Source: Caulobacterales bacterium (GTDB lineage: Bacteria > Pseudomonadota > Alphaproteobacteria > Caulobacterales > Aquidulcibacteraceae). From it: a DNA stretch of 64,000 nt. The first letter of the stretch is position 1, and the number at the start of each line of letters is the position of its first letter. The notes beneath the pieces are model-generated. The model worked only from the letters and a program-made list of their open reading frames with translations, was not told the DNA's origin and did not search any database. Shown one piece after another: positions 27,820 to 37,675 of the stretch. The translations under genes and the position numbers were made by a program. Location of the stretch: NCBI GenBank assembly GCA_035549875.1, contig DASZPV010000145.1:270-64269 (forward strand). Direction: 5' to 3'.

Positions 27820-29955
27820 TTACGCCGCCGCGGCGTGGGCGCGCCCGTAACCTTCGAAAGACGAGTTTTCGCGGGCGAGCCTGACCAGCAGCGCCGCGGG
27901 CTCCCAGTAGTGGCCGTACTTGCCGTGATAGTGCTCAATCCGCGCCAGCACGTTTTTTAGGCCCAGCGTGTCGGCATAGAACATCGGCCCGCCGAGATGA
28001 CGCGGGAATCCGTAGCCGGCGGTCCACACCACGTCGATGTCCAGCGGGCGATAAGCAACGCCATCTTCCAGCAATTGCGCGCCGATATTGATCAAGGGCA
28101 ATATGCAGCGCTCGACGATTTCGGCATCGCTGATGTCGCTGCGTTGCTTGATCTGGCGCTCTGCGGCCAGTTTGCGGATCAACGCGTCGGTTTCCGGATT
28201 CGGATAGGCGTTGCGGTCGCCAGGCTTGTACAGATAGACGCCCGCGCCGGTCTTCTGCCCGAGCTTGCCGAGCGGCGTAAGCGCGTCCGAGACCACAAAA
28301 TACGGATCGGGCCGGCTTTCCTTCTTGAACAATTCCTGGCGCACTTTCGTGCCGACATCGACGCCAGCCATGTCGTTGACGCGATGCGGGCCCATCGCAA
28401 AGCCCCATGCCTCCATCGCATCGTCGATCTGCGCCGCGCTGGCGCCTTCGAGCAGCAATTGCTCGGCCTCGCGGAAATATCCGTCCAGCATCATCTTGTT
28501 GCCGATGAAGCCGAACGCATCCGCCGAGACGACGCCGACTTTGCGCAGCTTGCGGCCGATATCGAGACTGGTGACGAGCGTCTGCGATGAGGTGTCCGCG
28601 CCGCGCACGATTTCCAGCAGGCGCATCACATGCGCCGGCGAGAAGAAGTGCAGCCCCACCACCTGCGACGGCCGTTTGGTCACCGAAGCCAGTTCAGTTA
28701 CCGACAAGGTCGATGTGTTCGAGGCCAGGATGGCGTGCGGCGGCGCTATTTTGTCCAGTTCGCCGATGATCTTCTTTTTAAGATCCATGTCTTCAAACAC
28801 GGCCTCGATCACCAGATCGACGTCTTTAGCCCCGTCCAACGATGTGGCGCCTGTGACCAGGCCCATGCGCTGTTCAACATCGGTTTGCGTCATGCGGCCA
28901 CGCTTTACCGTCGCCTCGTAATTGCCGCGCATGACGCCAAGACCGCGGTCGAGCGCGGACTGGTTCACGTCGATCAGCACGGTCGGGATGCCGGCATTGA
29001 TCAGCGACATCGCAATGCCGCCGCCCATCGTGCCGGCCCCGATCACCGCGGCCTTGCTGATCGCGGCTGGCTGCATCGGCGGCAGGCCGGGAATCTTGCC
29101 GACCTCGCGTTCGGCGAAGAAAATGTGCCTGAGCGCCTGGCCTTCGCGATCCTTCAGCGAAGCCCGCGATACTTCATCTTCCTTCTTGAGGCCCTGATCG
29201 AACGGCAGCGCAATCGAGGCGCGCAGCGCCTCCATCGTGCGGTTCTGGGTCGTGCGGCCCTTCAGCGCGCGCGCCTGGGTTTTCATGTACGCGGCAACGT
29301 CGTCGTCGCTGAACCCGGCGGTATCGACTTTTCGTTCGCCCGTGCGCCGCGGCTTGGCGCCATCGGCAGCAAGTTTCTGCGCATAGGCCAGACCGCCATC
29401 AACCGGCGAGCCTTCGACGATCGCATCGATCAGGCCGATCGCCAGCGCCTTTTTCGCATCGACCGGCGCGCCGGAGATCATCATCTCCATTGCCGCGCGC
29501 GCGCCGACGAGCCGCGGCAGACGTTGCGTGCCGCCGGCGCCGGGAATGATGCCGAGCGTGATTTCCGGCATGCCCATTTTCGCGTCCGCAACCGCGACGC
29601 GGTAATGGCACGCCATCGCGGTTTCGACGCCGCCGCCCATCGCCGTACCGTGCAGCACGGCGACAACGGGCTTGCTCGATGCTTCGATCTTGTCGAGCGT
29701 ATCGTAATAGGTGGGCGGCTGAATGGCGCCGCCGGGTTTGCCGAGATCGGCAAGTTCATTGAGGTCGGCGCCGGACAGGAACGTCCGTCCCGCGCAAGCG
29801 ATCAGGATCACTTTGACGGCTGGATCGCTGGCTGCTTCGTCGAGCCCCTGCCAGATGCCTTCACGCACGCTGACATCGATCGCGTTCACCGGCGGACGAT
29901 CGATCAAGATAAGCCCGACATCGCCCTTCCGCTCAAAACGCGCCGCGGTAGCCAT
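27820..29955 (-). CDS. bifunctional enoyl-CoA hydratase / 3-hydroxyacyl-CoA dehydrogenase (FadB/FadJ-like)
   Basis: 711 aa. Crotonase N-domain (FLSGADL..., GGGVETAMACH), NAD Rossmann motif VIGAGTMGGGIA, HFFSPA motif. Confidence 0.9.
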   Translation of the reverse strand: MATAARFERKGDVGLILIDRPPVNAIDVSVREGIWQGLDEAASDPAVKVILIACAGRTFLSGADLNELADLGKPGGAIQPPTYYDTLDKIEASSKPVVAVLHGTAMGGGVETAMACHYRVAVADAKMGMPEITLGIIPGAGGTQRLPRLVGARAAMEMMISGAPVDAKKALAIGLIDAIVEGSPVDGGLAYAQKLAADGAKPRRTGERKVDTAGFSDDDVAAYMKTQARALKGRTTQNRTMEALRASIALPFDQGLKKEDEVSRASLKDREGQALRHIFFAEREVGKIPGLPPMQPAAISKAAVIGAGTMGGGIAMSLINAGIPTVLIDVNQSALDRGLGVMRGNYEATVKRGRMTQTDVEQRMGLVTGATSLDGAKDVDLVIEAVFEDMDLKKKIIGELDKIAPPHAILASNTSTLSVTELASVTKRPSQVVGLHFFSPAHVMRLLEIVRGADTSSQTLVTSLDIGRKLRKVGVVSADAFGFIGNKMMLDGYFREAEQLLLEGASAAQIDDAMEAWGFAMGPHRVNDMAGVDVGTKVRQELFKKESRPDPYFVVSDALTPLGKLGQKTGAGVYLYKPGDRNAYPNPETDALIRKLAAERQIKQRSDISDAEIVERCILPLINIGAQLLEDGVAYRPLDIDVVWTAGYGFPRHLGGPMFYADTLGLKNVLARIEHYHGKYGHYWEPAALLVRLARENSSFEGYGRAHAAAA

Positions 29956-30065
29956 GGGCCGTCCTTCCCTGTGCCGATTGTATGCTTATCATACGATATG
30001 GGGAGTGCGTATCATCGCCGGCGGCCAATATGAAGCCCTTTTGAACCGCGCGCAAAAGCCTTTCC

Positions 30066-31286
30066 TCACGGGCCCTTTCTGTCGGACACCAAACGATAGG
30101 TGAAATTCGTCCGTCCCATCCCCTGCACTTCGTATAGCGCCGCCAGGTCTTTGTTGGGCTGCACCTGCAGCGCGGCCAGCGCCTGCTTATCGGACGCGAT
30201 TTGCGCGGTTTCCATGACGCCGATATCGCGTGTCCCGGCGATCGCGATAATTCGGTTTCCGGTGGGGCCGCGCACCGCGGCGAGATAGCCGTAATCGCGG
30301 TTGGACTCGTCGCTCAACGCTTCGCCGGCGCCGCTGACATAGATTTTACCCGTCTGGGTATCGATCACTTCGTCAAAACTGTCGCCGATCTTGAAGCGCG
30401 AGGCGGCGAAAATCTGATCGCGCAGAATACCTAGGGCCGAAAGGTATCCGATATAAACGATGTCGTTCGTCTTCAGCATATCGGGCTGCAATTGCGACGA
30501 CGTGATGACCCGCACGCGGGCGCCGCCGCCCGCCGCCTGATGCATCAGCGGCATGATCTCGCGCATGGCGAGCGTCGCGCCGACCGGCGTGTAGTAGGTG
30601 TCCATATCGACGTAGCGTTCCTGAAGTTTGGGATGGGACATCAGAAAGGATTCAAGGTCGCTGGGCGAGTTCACGTCGAATTCCCGCAGCATGCGGACAG
30701 GCTGTATCCCCCCCTCGGTGTCGCCAAAAATGTAGTAGTCGCCGATGACCACTAGCGCCGGGCGGTCGTGGGCGAAACCGGCCCACAACGGCGTTTCCAC
30801 GAGTTGCGCCAGTTCGCGCGCGGGCGCTGCTTGCCGGCTGACCAGCAGCCAGGCGAACGTATTGATCGCCAGCAGTAAGCCGAGCGCCCCGGCCAACAGC
30901 CAACGCCGCTTCAGCAGCGTCGCTGCAACGGGGACCGCCGCGGCTTCGATCTCGTCTGCCGGCCGCTCCCGGGCGACCAGGCGATAGGTGCCCACGGGAA
31001 TCGATAATTGGGCCGGCTCGGCGCGCCCCTCGCCCTCATAAAACCGCTCCAGCTTGCGCCGCAGCCGGTGAACATAGACCCGTACCGACGCATCCCCCGG
31101 CATATCGACGCTGCGCCCGAAAACGTCCTGCGCGATATCGACCTCGCGCAGCGTGACGCCGGCGGCGGCTTTGGCGGCCAGATAGTCAAACAGGCGCGAC
31201 AGGCCAGCCGATCGCCCCAGGACGCCGCTGGCGCGAATTCGCGCCACCTGCTCGGCGAATGCATCTATTTGTTCCGCAACAGCCAT
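30066..31286 (-). CDS. membrane-anchored ToxR/CadC-like one-component regulator (OmpR-type winged helix, single TM, periplasmic alpha/beta domain)
   Basis: ATG at 31286. wHTH signature VRVYVHRLRRKLERFY...GTYRLV, TM helix WLLAGALGLLLAINTFAWLLV, and a C-terminal domain of about 230 aa. Confidence 0.7.
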   Translation of the reverse strand: MAVAEQIDAFAEQVARIRASGVLGRSAGLSRLFDYLAAKAAAGVTLREVDIAQDVFGRSVDMPGDASVRVYVHRLRRKLERFYEGEGRAEPAQLSIPVGTYRLVARERPADEIEAAAVPVAATLLKRRWLLAGALGLLLAINTFAWLLVSRQAAPARELAQLVETPLWAGFAHDRPALVVIGDYYIFGDTEGGIQPVRMLREFDVNSPSDLESFLMSHPKLQERYVDMDTYYTPVGATLAMREIMPLMHQAAGGGARVRVITSSQLQPDMLKTNDIVYIGYLSALGILRDQIFAASRFKIGDSFDEVIDTQTGKIYVSGAGEALSDESNRDYGYLAAVRGPTGNRIIAIAGTRDIGVMETAQIASDKQALAALQVQPNKDLAALYEVQGMGRTNFTYRLVSDRKGP

Positions 31287-31438
31287 CGGAATGCGACCTG
31301 TAACCCCGTGTAACGCCGGAGAAACCGTAAAGTACTCAAGGCATGCCAGCCAAGCCAGTGCATGAGACAGGCGAAGGCGGCGGCCCCACACAAAGCGGGA
31401 ATGCGCCAAACGCCCGTTGAGCAGAAAGCCTTGGATCA

Positions 31439-33511
31439 ATGCCGCTGTCGAAGAACTGGCTCGCCGCTCTTGGCGCCGCCCACCTCTGTCTTGCCCCGCT
31501 AGCCGCCCTGGCTCAAGCTACGCCGCCCCCGGACGCCAAGGACAAGCCAGTCCAGGTCGCACAAGGCGACATCATCGTGTTCGGGCGCGCCGAGCGCCAG
31601 ATCGGCGTTGCCGACGCGGCCACGGCCGGCAGTGTCGGCGGGGCCGATCTAACTACCCGGCCGATCCTGCGCGTGGCGCAATTGCTCGAAGTCGTCCCCG
31701 GCATGATCGCCGCCCAGCATTCCGGCTCGGGCAAGGCCAACCAGTACTTCCTCCGCGGCATCAACCTGGATCACGGGACGGATTTCACCACCTATTTTGA
31801 CGGCGTACCGATGAACTTCCGCAGCCACGGCCACGGCCAAGGCTATATGGATCTCAACGGCATCATCCCGGAAACCGTCAACCGCGTCGATTTCCGCAAG
31901 GGCCCCTATCGCGCCGACGTGGGCGACTTCGCCCTCGCCGGTCAGGCGTTCCTCGGCACGGTGAAAAGGTTCGACGCGCCGTTCGTTACGATCGAAGGCG
32001 GCTCATACAACCACCAGCGGCTCGTCGCCGGCGGATCGACGCAATGGGCCGGCGGCGAACTCACCGGCGCGGCGCAGGTGAAGACGTATGACGGGCCCTG
32101 GCAACTGGCCGAAAAACTCCAGCACGGCTCGCTCTACGCCAAATACACCCATCCCCTTTTTGAAGGCGATCTGACGCTCAGCCTTTCCGGCTATTACGGC
32201 CGCTGGCGGCCGACCGAGCAGATTCCGGAGCGCGCGATCGGGCGCCGGTTTGTTGGCGAAGGCCACGACATCACCTGCGCCGATGCGTACTGCGCGATAG
32301 ACCCGACGGCGCGCGGGCAGACGTCGCGATGGATCGCCACCGCCGGCTACGAGGACTCAAAGTGGCGGGTGAACTCATACGCGCAATATTATGACTGGCG
32401 CATGTCGTCGAACCCGACGTTTTTTCTCGACGACCCCACGAACGGCGACCAGATTTTCCAGCACGACCGGCGCACCACCTATGGCGGGCGGATCGAGCGC
32501 CATACCGACATGATGGACAGCGCGCTCACGCTGCGCTTCGGCGCCGAAACGCGCTACGACGACATTCCCAATGTCGGCGTCGATCACACGGTGGCCAACA
32601 AGCTCATCGCAATCATTGCTAAGAACGCGGTGAAGGAGGCTTCCGTTTCGCCCTATACGGAAGCCGAATGGCGCGTGAACGATAAACTCCGCGTCAATGG
32701 CGGGCTACGCTACGATTTCTACAATTACGACGTGAAGGCGCTCGATCCCGGCTCCAGCCAAGGCGACAAAAACGACGCCATGCTCTCGCCGAGCGTAGGC
32801 GCGGCTTACCGCCTTACCGACGATCTGGAATTCTACGCCAATTGGGGCCGCGGCCTGCATTCCAACGACGCGCGCGGCGTGGTCCAGGCGGTCAATCCCG
32901 TGCCCGGCCTCACCAAGGGCGAAGGCAAGGAACTGGGCGCGCGCCTCCAGCACGGCGCGCTAACGCTAACCGGCGCCTATTGGTGGCTCGATAGCGACAG
33001 CGAACTGCGCTTCGTCGGCGACAGCAATTCGGTCGAACCCGCCGGCGCCTCCAAACGCGAAGGCTACGAACTCACCGCCTTCTGGCGCCCGTTCGCCTGG
33101 CTGGCGCTCGACGGCCAATGGACGCAAAGCCAGGCGCGCTATGTCGATGCGCCGGGCGCCGACCACATTCCCGGCGCGCTCGAACAAGCTGGCGAACTCG
33201 GCATTTCCTGCATCTGGGAACATTGGGAAGCCAGCGCGCGGGTGCGCTACGTCGGCCCGTACGCTCTCATCGAAGACGATTCGGTGCGCGCCAAGGCAGA
33301 GCAGGAATTGAGCCTGCGCGCCGCCTGGAAGCCTTCTGGCAAACTCATGGTGTTTGCCGAAGTGCTCAACGCGCTCGACCACAAGGGCAAGGACATCCAA
33401 TACTTCTACACTTCCCGGCTGCCGGGCGAACCCGCGGGCGGAATCGACGATATCGTCGCCCGGGCCCATGAGCCCCGCACGTTCCGTATCGGCGTTACCA
33501 AACGCTTCTGA
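31439..33511 (+). CDS. TonB-dependent outer-membrane receptor
   Basis: Signal peptide and TonB-box-like DIIVFG. Plug motifs (QYFLRGINLDHGTDF, VDFRKGP). Beta-barrel ending in terminal aromatic ...VTKRF. No N-terminal signalling extension. Confidence 0.9.
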   Translation: MPLSKNWLAALGAAHLCLAPLAALAQATPPPDAKDKPVQVAQGDIIVFGRAERQIGVADAATAGSVGGADLTTRPILRVAQLLEVVPGMIAAQHSGSGKANQYFLRGINLDHGTDFTTYFDGVPMNFRSHGHGQGYMDLNGIIPETVNRVDFRKGPYRADVGDFALAGQAFLGTVKRFDAPFVTIEGGSYNHQRLVAGGSTQWAGGELTGAAQVKTYDGPWQLAEKLQHGSLYAKYTHPLFEGDLTLSLSGYYGRWRPTEQIPERAIGRRFVGEGHDITCADAYCAIDPTARGQTSRWIATAGYEDSKWRVNSYAQYYDWRMSSNPTFFLDDPTNGDQIFQHDRRTTYGGRIERHTDMMDSALTLRFGAETRYDDIPNVGVDHTVANKLIAIIAKNAVKEASVSPYTEAEWRVNDKLRVNGGLRYDFYNYDVKALDPGSSQGDKNDAMLSPSVGAAYRLTDDLEFYANWGRGLHSNDARGVVQAVNPVPGLTKGEGKELGARLQHGALTLTGAYWWLDSDSELRFVGDSNSVEPAGASKREGYELTAFWRPFAWLALDGQWTQSQARYVDAPGADHIPGALEQAGELGISCIWEHWEASARVRYVGPYALIEDDSVRAKAEQELSLRAAWKPSGKLMVFAEVLNALDHKGKDIQYFYTSRLPGEPAGGIDDIVARAHEPRTFRIGVTKRF

Positions 33512-33588
33512 TCTCAAACGGGCCTGCCATTTGCTATCGGCGCGCGATCCCGGCTAAGCAGCGTTGCCTATAGTACGGGAGAGCCGTT

Positions 33589-34800
33589 TTGAGCCTCGAC
33601 AAGGTCGAAATTCCCTATGGCGCCTATTGGTCGACGCCGTTTGCGAAATGGCAGGGCAGCCTGCAGCACCTGCACGCGATGAAATTCGCCGCCTGGGTAG
33701 CCAAGCGCGAACTGGAAAAGCGCAAAATCGACCCCAAAACCTTCGATACCGGCGTATTCGGCCTGACCAACAACCAATATCAGTCATTCTACGGCGCGCC
33801 GTGGCCGCTTTATGAAATCGGCGCCACGCATACGCCCGGCCATATGCTCACGCAGGTATGCGCCACGGGTGCGCGAATCCTTTTTGCCGGCGCTTCTGAA
33901 ATTCAAATCGGCATGTCCAAACAGGCGCTGGTGATCTCCGGCGACCGCTGCTCGAACGGGGCGCACATTTACTACCCTGCGCCGAAGGGGGTGGGCGGCT
34001 ACGGCCAGTCCGAGGATCAGGTATTCTACAACATGATGCACGACGCCATCGGCGGGCATTCGATGCTGAAGACCGCCGAAAACGTCGCCGCGAAATATAA
34101 GATTTCAACCGCCGAGCAGAACGACGTCACGCTGCGCCGCTACGGGCAGTATCAGGATGCGCTTGCGAACGGTCAAGCGTTCCAGAAGCGCTACATGAGC
34201 CTGCCGCTGCCGCTGCCCAAGCCTAATTTCAAGGGCGAAGAAGGCGCAATCAGTGCGGACGAAGGCATTTTCGCAACCACGGCGGAGGGACTGGCGAAAC
34301 TGAAACCGGTTATGCCGGACGGCACGGTGACGTTCGGCACGCAGACGCATCCGGCCGACGGCAATGTCGGCATCGTGCTGACCACGCCGGAGCGCGCGAA
34401 AGAATTATCGAAAGACCCAGCCATCCGCGTGCGCCTGCGCGGATTCGGACAGGCCCGCGTCGATCTGGAATACATGCCCGAAGCGCCGATCGGCGCCAGC
34501 CAGAAGGCGCTAGACCATGCCGGCGTAAAGCTCGCCGATATCGCGGCGATCAAAACCCACAATCCGTTTGCCGTGAACGATATCGCCTTCGCCCGCGCCA
34601 CCGGCGCGGATTTGATGACGATGAACAATTACGGCTGTTCGCTGATTTGGGGCCACCCGCAAGGGCCGACCGGCCTGCGCGCGATCGTTGAGCTGATCGA
34701 GGAACTGGCGATCAGGGGCGGCGGACTCGGGCTGTTCAACGGCTGCGCCGCCGGCGATTCGTCCATGGCCGCCGTGGTTGAAGTTTCCGGGCGCGCATAA
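33589..34800 (+). CDS. thiolase-family acyl-CoA acetyltransferase
   Basis: 403 aa. Nucleophile Cys in QVCATGAR, GHPQGPTG His motif, C-terminal NGCAAGD Cys. TTG start preceded by gggagag. Confidence 0.8.
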   Translation: MSLDKVEIPYGAYWSTPFAKWQGSLQHLHAMKFAAWVAKRELEKRKIDPKTFDTGVFGLTNNQYQSFYGAPWPLYEIGATHTPGHMLTQVCATGARILFAGASEIQIGMSKQALVISGDRCSNGAHIYYPAPKGVGGYGQSEDQVFYNMMHDAIGGHSMLKTAENVAAKYKISTAEQNDVTLRRYGQYQDALANGQAFQKRYMSLPLPLPKPNFKGEEGAISADEGIFATTAEGLAKLKPVMPDGTVTFGTQTHPADGNVGIVLTTPERAKELSKDPAIRVRLRGFGQARVDLEYMPEAPIGASQKALDHAGVKLADIAAIKTHNPFAVNDIAFARATGADLMTMNNYGCSLIWGHPQGPTGLRAIVELIEELAIRGGGLGLFNGCAAGDSSMAAVVEVSGRA

Positions 34801-34823
34801 GAGCGCCATCGCACGGAAACGCG

Positions 34824-35435
34824 TTACGGCTTCTTGAACTCGGCGTCGATCTGCAGTTCGATCGGCGCGGCGGCGAGCATCGCCGGCAGGCCATAATCGG
34901 CGGCGTTGAGCTTCGCCACGCCGCTGACGCCCATCACCGGGCCCGCCCTGCCGCTTCCCGCGCCGATGAGCGTTACATCAAACGAGATCGGCTTGGTGAC
35001 GCCGAGCAGCGTCAGATTGCCATCGACCGTGCCTTTCGCGGGGCCAGATTGCGTGAACTTCGTCGATACGAAAGTCGCTTTCGGGAATTGCGCCGATTTC
35101 AGGAAGCGGTCGCTCGACAGCTCGGCCGGGAAGGCGCCGCCATTCGCCGGGCTCATGATCGAGGCGGTCTCAACGTTCACCGTGACCTTGTCGGCGGCCG
35201 GAGATTTCGGATCCCAGATCAACTCCCCCTCGGATTTGCCGAAGCGGAACGTCGAATAGGAAAAGCCCTGGTGAAGAACGCGGGCCACGATCGACGTATG
35301 ATTGGGGTCGAGGGCGTAGGTCCCCGCCGCCGCCGCCGCCGCGTCCGCCCTCGGGGGCGTCTGCGCGAAGGCGGCGCCCGCCGCCATCAGCGCCGTAACG
35401 AAAGCCGCAGCCAAAACTATCTTTTTTGATTTCAT
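34824..35435 (-). CDS. YceI-family periplasmic polyisoprenoid-binding-like protein
   Basis: ATG at 35435, signal peptide, YALDPNHTSI and FPKATF motifs. Confidence 0.85.
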   Translation of the reverse strand: MKSKKIVLAAAFVTALMAAGAAFAQTPPRADAAAAAAGTYALDPNHTSIVARVLHQGFSYSTFRFGKSEGELIWDPKSPAADKVTVNVETASIMSPANGGAFPAELSSDRFLKSAQFPKATFVSTKFTQSGPAKGTVDGNLTLLGVTKPISFDVTLIGAGSGRAGPVMGVSGVAKLNAADYGLPAMLAAAPIELQIDAEFKKP

Positions 35436-35624
35436 CAACAGGTCTCCCCACGTATTCAAGAGGTTCGGGCTCGTCTATCGACTTTTCATGACGGCGCAAA
35501 GTCACGCTGCCGTGCGTGGCTGGACGCGCCAACTTGCTAAAAAGCCTTTGAAATATAGGCGGCATCGTCAAAACGCCGATAGGAGAGGACACGCACTGAA
35601 GGTTCAGCGGGCAAGGAGAGGTTT

Positions 35625-36800
35625 GTGCGTACGCAAGTAGCCATCATCGGCGCGGGTCCCGCGGGCTTGTTCCTGTCCCACATGCTCAAGCAGACGGGCG
35701 TGGCGTGCATCGTTCTGGAGCGCCAGACGCGCGCCTACGTGCAGGACCGGGTCCGCGCCGGCGTGCTGGAACAAATCGCCGTCGATCTGATGGACAAGCT
35801 CGGTCTCGGCGCGCGGATGCACCGGGTGGGCCTGCCCCATGGCGGCACCAATCTCGTCGTCGACGGGCGGATGTTTCACATCAACTTCGCCAAACTCACC
35901 GGCGGCACGACGATCATGGTCTACGGCCAGCAGGAAGTGATGAAAGACCTCGGGCAAGCTGCCGACGAGCGCGGAATCCATATCATCTACAAGGCCGACG
36001 ACGTAAAGCCGCACGCGCTCGATAGCGACAAGCCGTACGTGACCTACGAAAAGGACGGCAAGCAACAGCGCGTCGATTGCGATTTCGTCGTCGGCTGCGA
36101 TGGCTACCATGGCGTGGCGCGTCAATCGATCCCGCCGGCCGAGTTGAAGACGTTCGAGCGCGTCTATCCGTTCGGCTGGCTCGGCATACTGGCTGACGTG
36201 CCGCCCGGCGCCGAGGAACTGATCTACGCCAATCACGAAAACGGCTTTGCGCTGGCTTCTATGCGTTCGCCAACGCGCAGCCGGTATTATCTTCAAGTCG
36301 CGCAGGACGAAAAGATCGAAGACTGGCCCGACGGCCGGTTTTGGGACGAACTCTGCCTGCGGATCGGCCCGGAAGCGGCGGCGAACGTGACGCGCGGGGA
36401 TTCTTTTGAGAAAAGCATCGCCCCGCTGCGCAGTTTTGTCTGCGAGAACATGCGCTGGAACCGGCTTTTCCTTGCCGGCGACGCCGCGCACATCGTTCCG
36501 CCGACTGGCGCCAAGGGCCTTAACCTGGCGGTTTCGGATGTGGTCTATCTCGCCGAGGCGCTCGATCAGTTCTACAAAAAGAATTCATCCGCGGGCATCG
36601 ACCGTTACGCCGCCCGCGCGCTTTCGCGTGTATGGAAGGCTGAACGCTTCTCCTGGTGGTTCACCGGCATCACCCACCGCTTTCCAACCATGGACGCGTT
36701 CGACCGCAAAATGCAGATCGCGGAGCTGGAATACATCCGCACCTCGCGCGCCGCGCAAACGACGCTGGCGGAGAACTACGTGGGCCTGCCGCTGAACTGA
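35625..36800 (+). CDS. pobA: 4-hydroxybenzoate 3-monooxygenase
   Basis: GTG start with aaggagag SD. VAIIGAGPAGL FAD motif, strongly PobA-like throughout (RVRAGVLEQ, LAGDAAHIVPPTGAKGLN). Confidence 0.9.
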   Translation: MRTQVAIIGAGPAGLFLSHMLKQTGVACIVLERQTRAYVQDRVRAGVLEQIAVDLMDKLGLGARMHRVGLPHGGTNLVVDGRMFHINFAKLTGGTTIMVYGQQEVMKDLGQAADERGIHIIYKADDVKPHALDSDKPYVTYEKDGKQQRVDCDFVVGCDGYHGVARQSIPPAELKTFERVYPFGWLGILADVPPGAEELIYANHENGFALASMRSPTRSRYYLQVAQDEKIEDWPDGRFWDELCLRIGPEAAANVTRGDSFEKSIAPLRSFVCENMRWNRLFLAGDAAHIVPPTGAKGLNLAVSDVVYLAEALDQFYKKNSSAGIDRYAARALSRVWKAERFSWWFTGITHRFPTMDAFDRKMQIAELEYIRTSRAAQTTLAENYVGLPLN

Positions 36801-36830
36801 AGCGAGCCGCGCCCCAACGGGAGAGCATAG

Positions 36831-37610
36831 ATGGCAAATCCGCGCGCATTGATCACCGGCGCTTCATCGGGCATCGGGCGCAGCTACGCCGAGCAACTCG
36901 CCGCCGCCGGCTATGATCTCGTTATCGTAGCGCGCCGGGCGGAACGGCTGAACGAATTGGCCGCTGCGTTGATGGACGCACACGGCGCGGGCGTCGAAGT
37001 GCTGCCGGCCGATCTCAGCGAGGCGGCGGGCGTCCGGAAAGTCGTGGAGCGCATCGCTTCCGGCGCCCCGCTCGCGCTGGTGATCAACAATGCCGGCTTC
37101 GCCACGCGCGGCCCACTGGCGACGCTCGATCCGGAAGCGTTCGATTCCATGCTGGCGGTGAACATTACGGCGGTTACGCATCTTTCTATCGCCGCACTCA
37201 AGCGGATGACCGCGGACGGCGCCGGCGCGGTGATCAACATTGCCTCGGGCACCGTGTTCATGCAGATGCCCGGCAATGCCGGCTATGGCGCTTCAAAGAA
37301 TTACGTGACGGCGCTGACGCGGCACATGCAGGTCGAAACGGCGGGCGCGAACATCCGCGTGCAATTGCTCGTGCCGGGCATTGTGGCGACGGAATTTCAT
37401 TCCCGCATGCCGACGCGGCCGCAATTTCCGCCCCATCTGGTGATGAGCGCCGATGACGTGGTCCGCGCCTCGCTGCGCGCGCTGGACATGAACGAACCGG
37501 TCTGTTTTCCGTCGCTGCCCGATATCAAGGATTGGGACGCTTACGTCGCCGCCGAGCGCCAGATCGCGGCCGGCGCCTCCCGCGACAAGCCGGCCTCACG
37601 CTACACTTGA
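36831..37610 (+). CDS. short-chain dehydrogenase/reductase (SDR)
   Basis: TGASSGIG cofactor motif, NNAG, catalytic YGASKNY. Confidence 0.9.
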   Translation: MANPRALITGASSGIGRSYAEQLAAAGYDLVIVARRAERLNELAAALMDAHGAGVEVLPADLSEAAGVRKVVERIASGAPLALVINNAGFATRGPLATLDPEAFDSMLAVNITAVTHLSIAALKRMTADGAGAVINIASGTVFMQMPGNAGYGASKNYVTALTRHMQVETAGANIRVQLLVPGIVATEFHSRMPTRPQFPPHLVMSADDVVRASLRALDMNEPVCFPSLPDIKDWDAYVAAERQIAAGASRDKPASRYT

Positions 37611-37675
37611 GGCGACGGCACTGGTCAAGCGGCCCATAAGCCCCCAAGTTCAAGTGCCGTCACGCCCGGAGCCCC

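Noticed and set aside
31287-31438. Cobalamin or other riboswitch upstream of the TonB-dependent receptor
   Set aside because: There is no B12-box-like core or extended conserved stems. agccagtgca is only a superficial resemblance.
37616-37668. 9-bp inverted repeat gacggcact / agtgccgtc between the SDR gene and ggt
   Set aside because: The 31-nt loop and the absence of a U-tract make a terminator unlikely. No supporting conservation can be assessed from this window.
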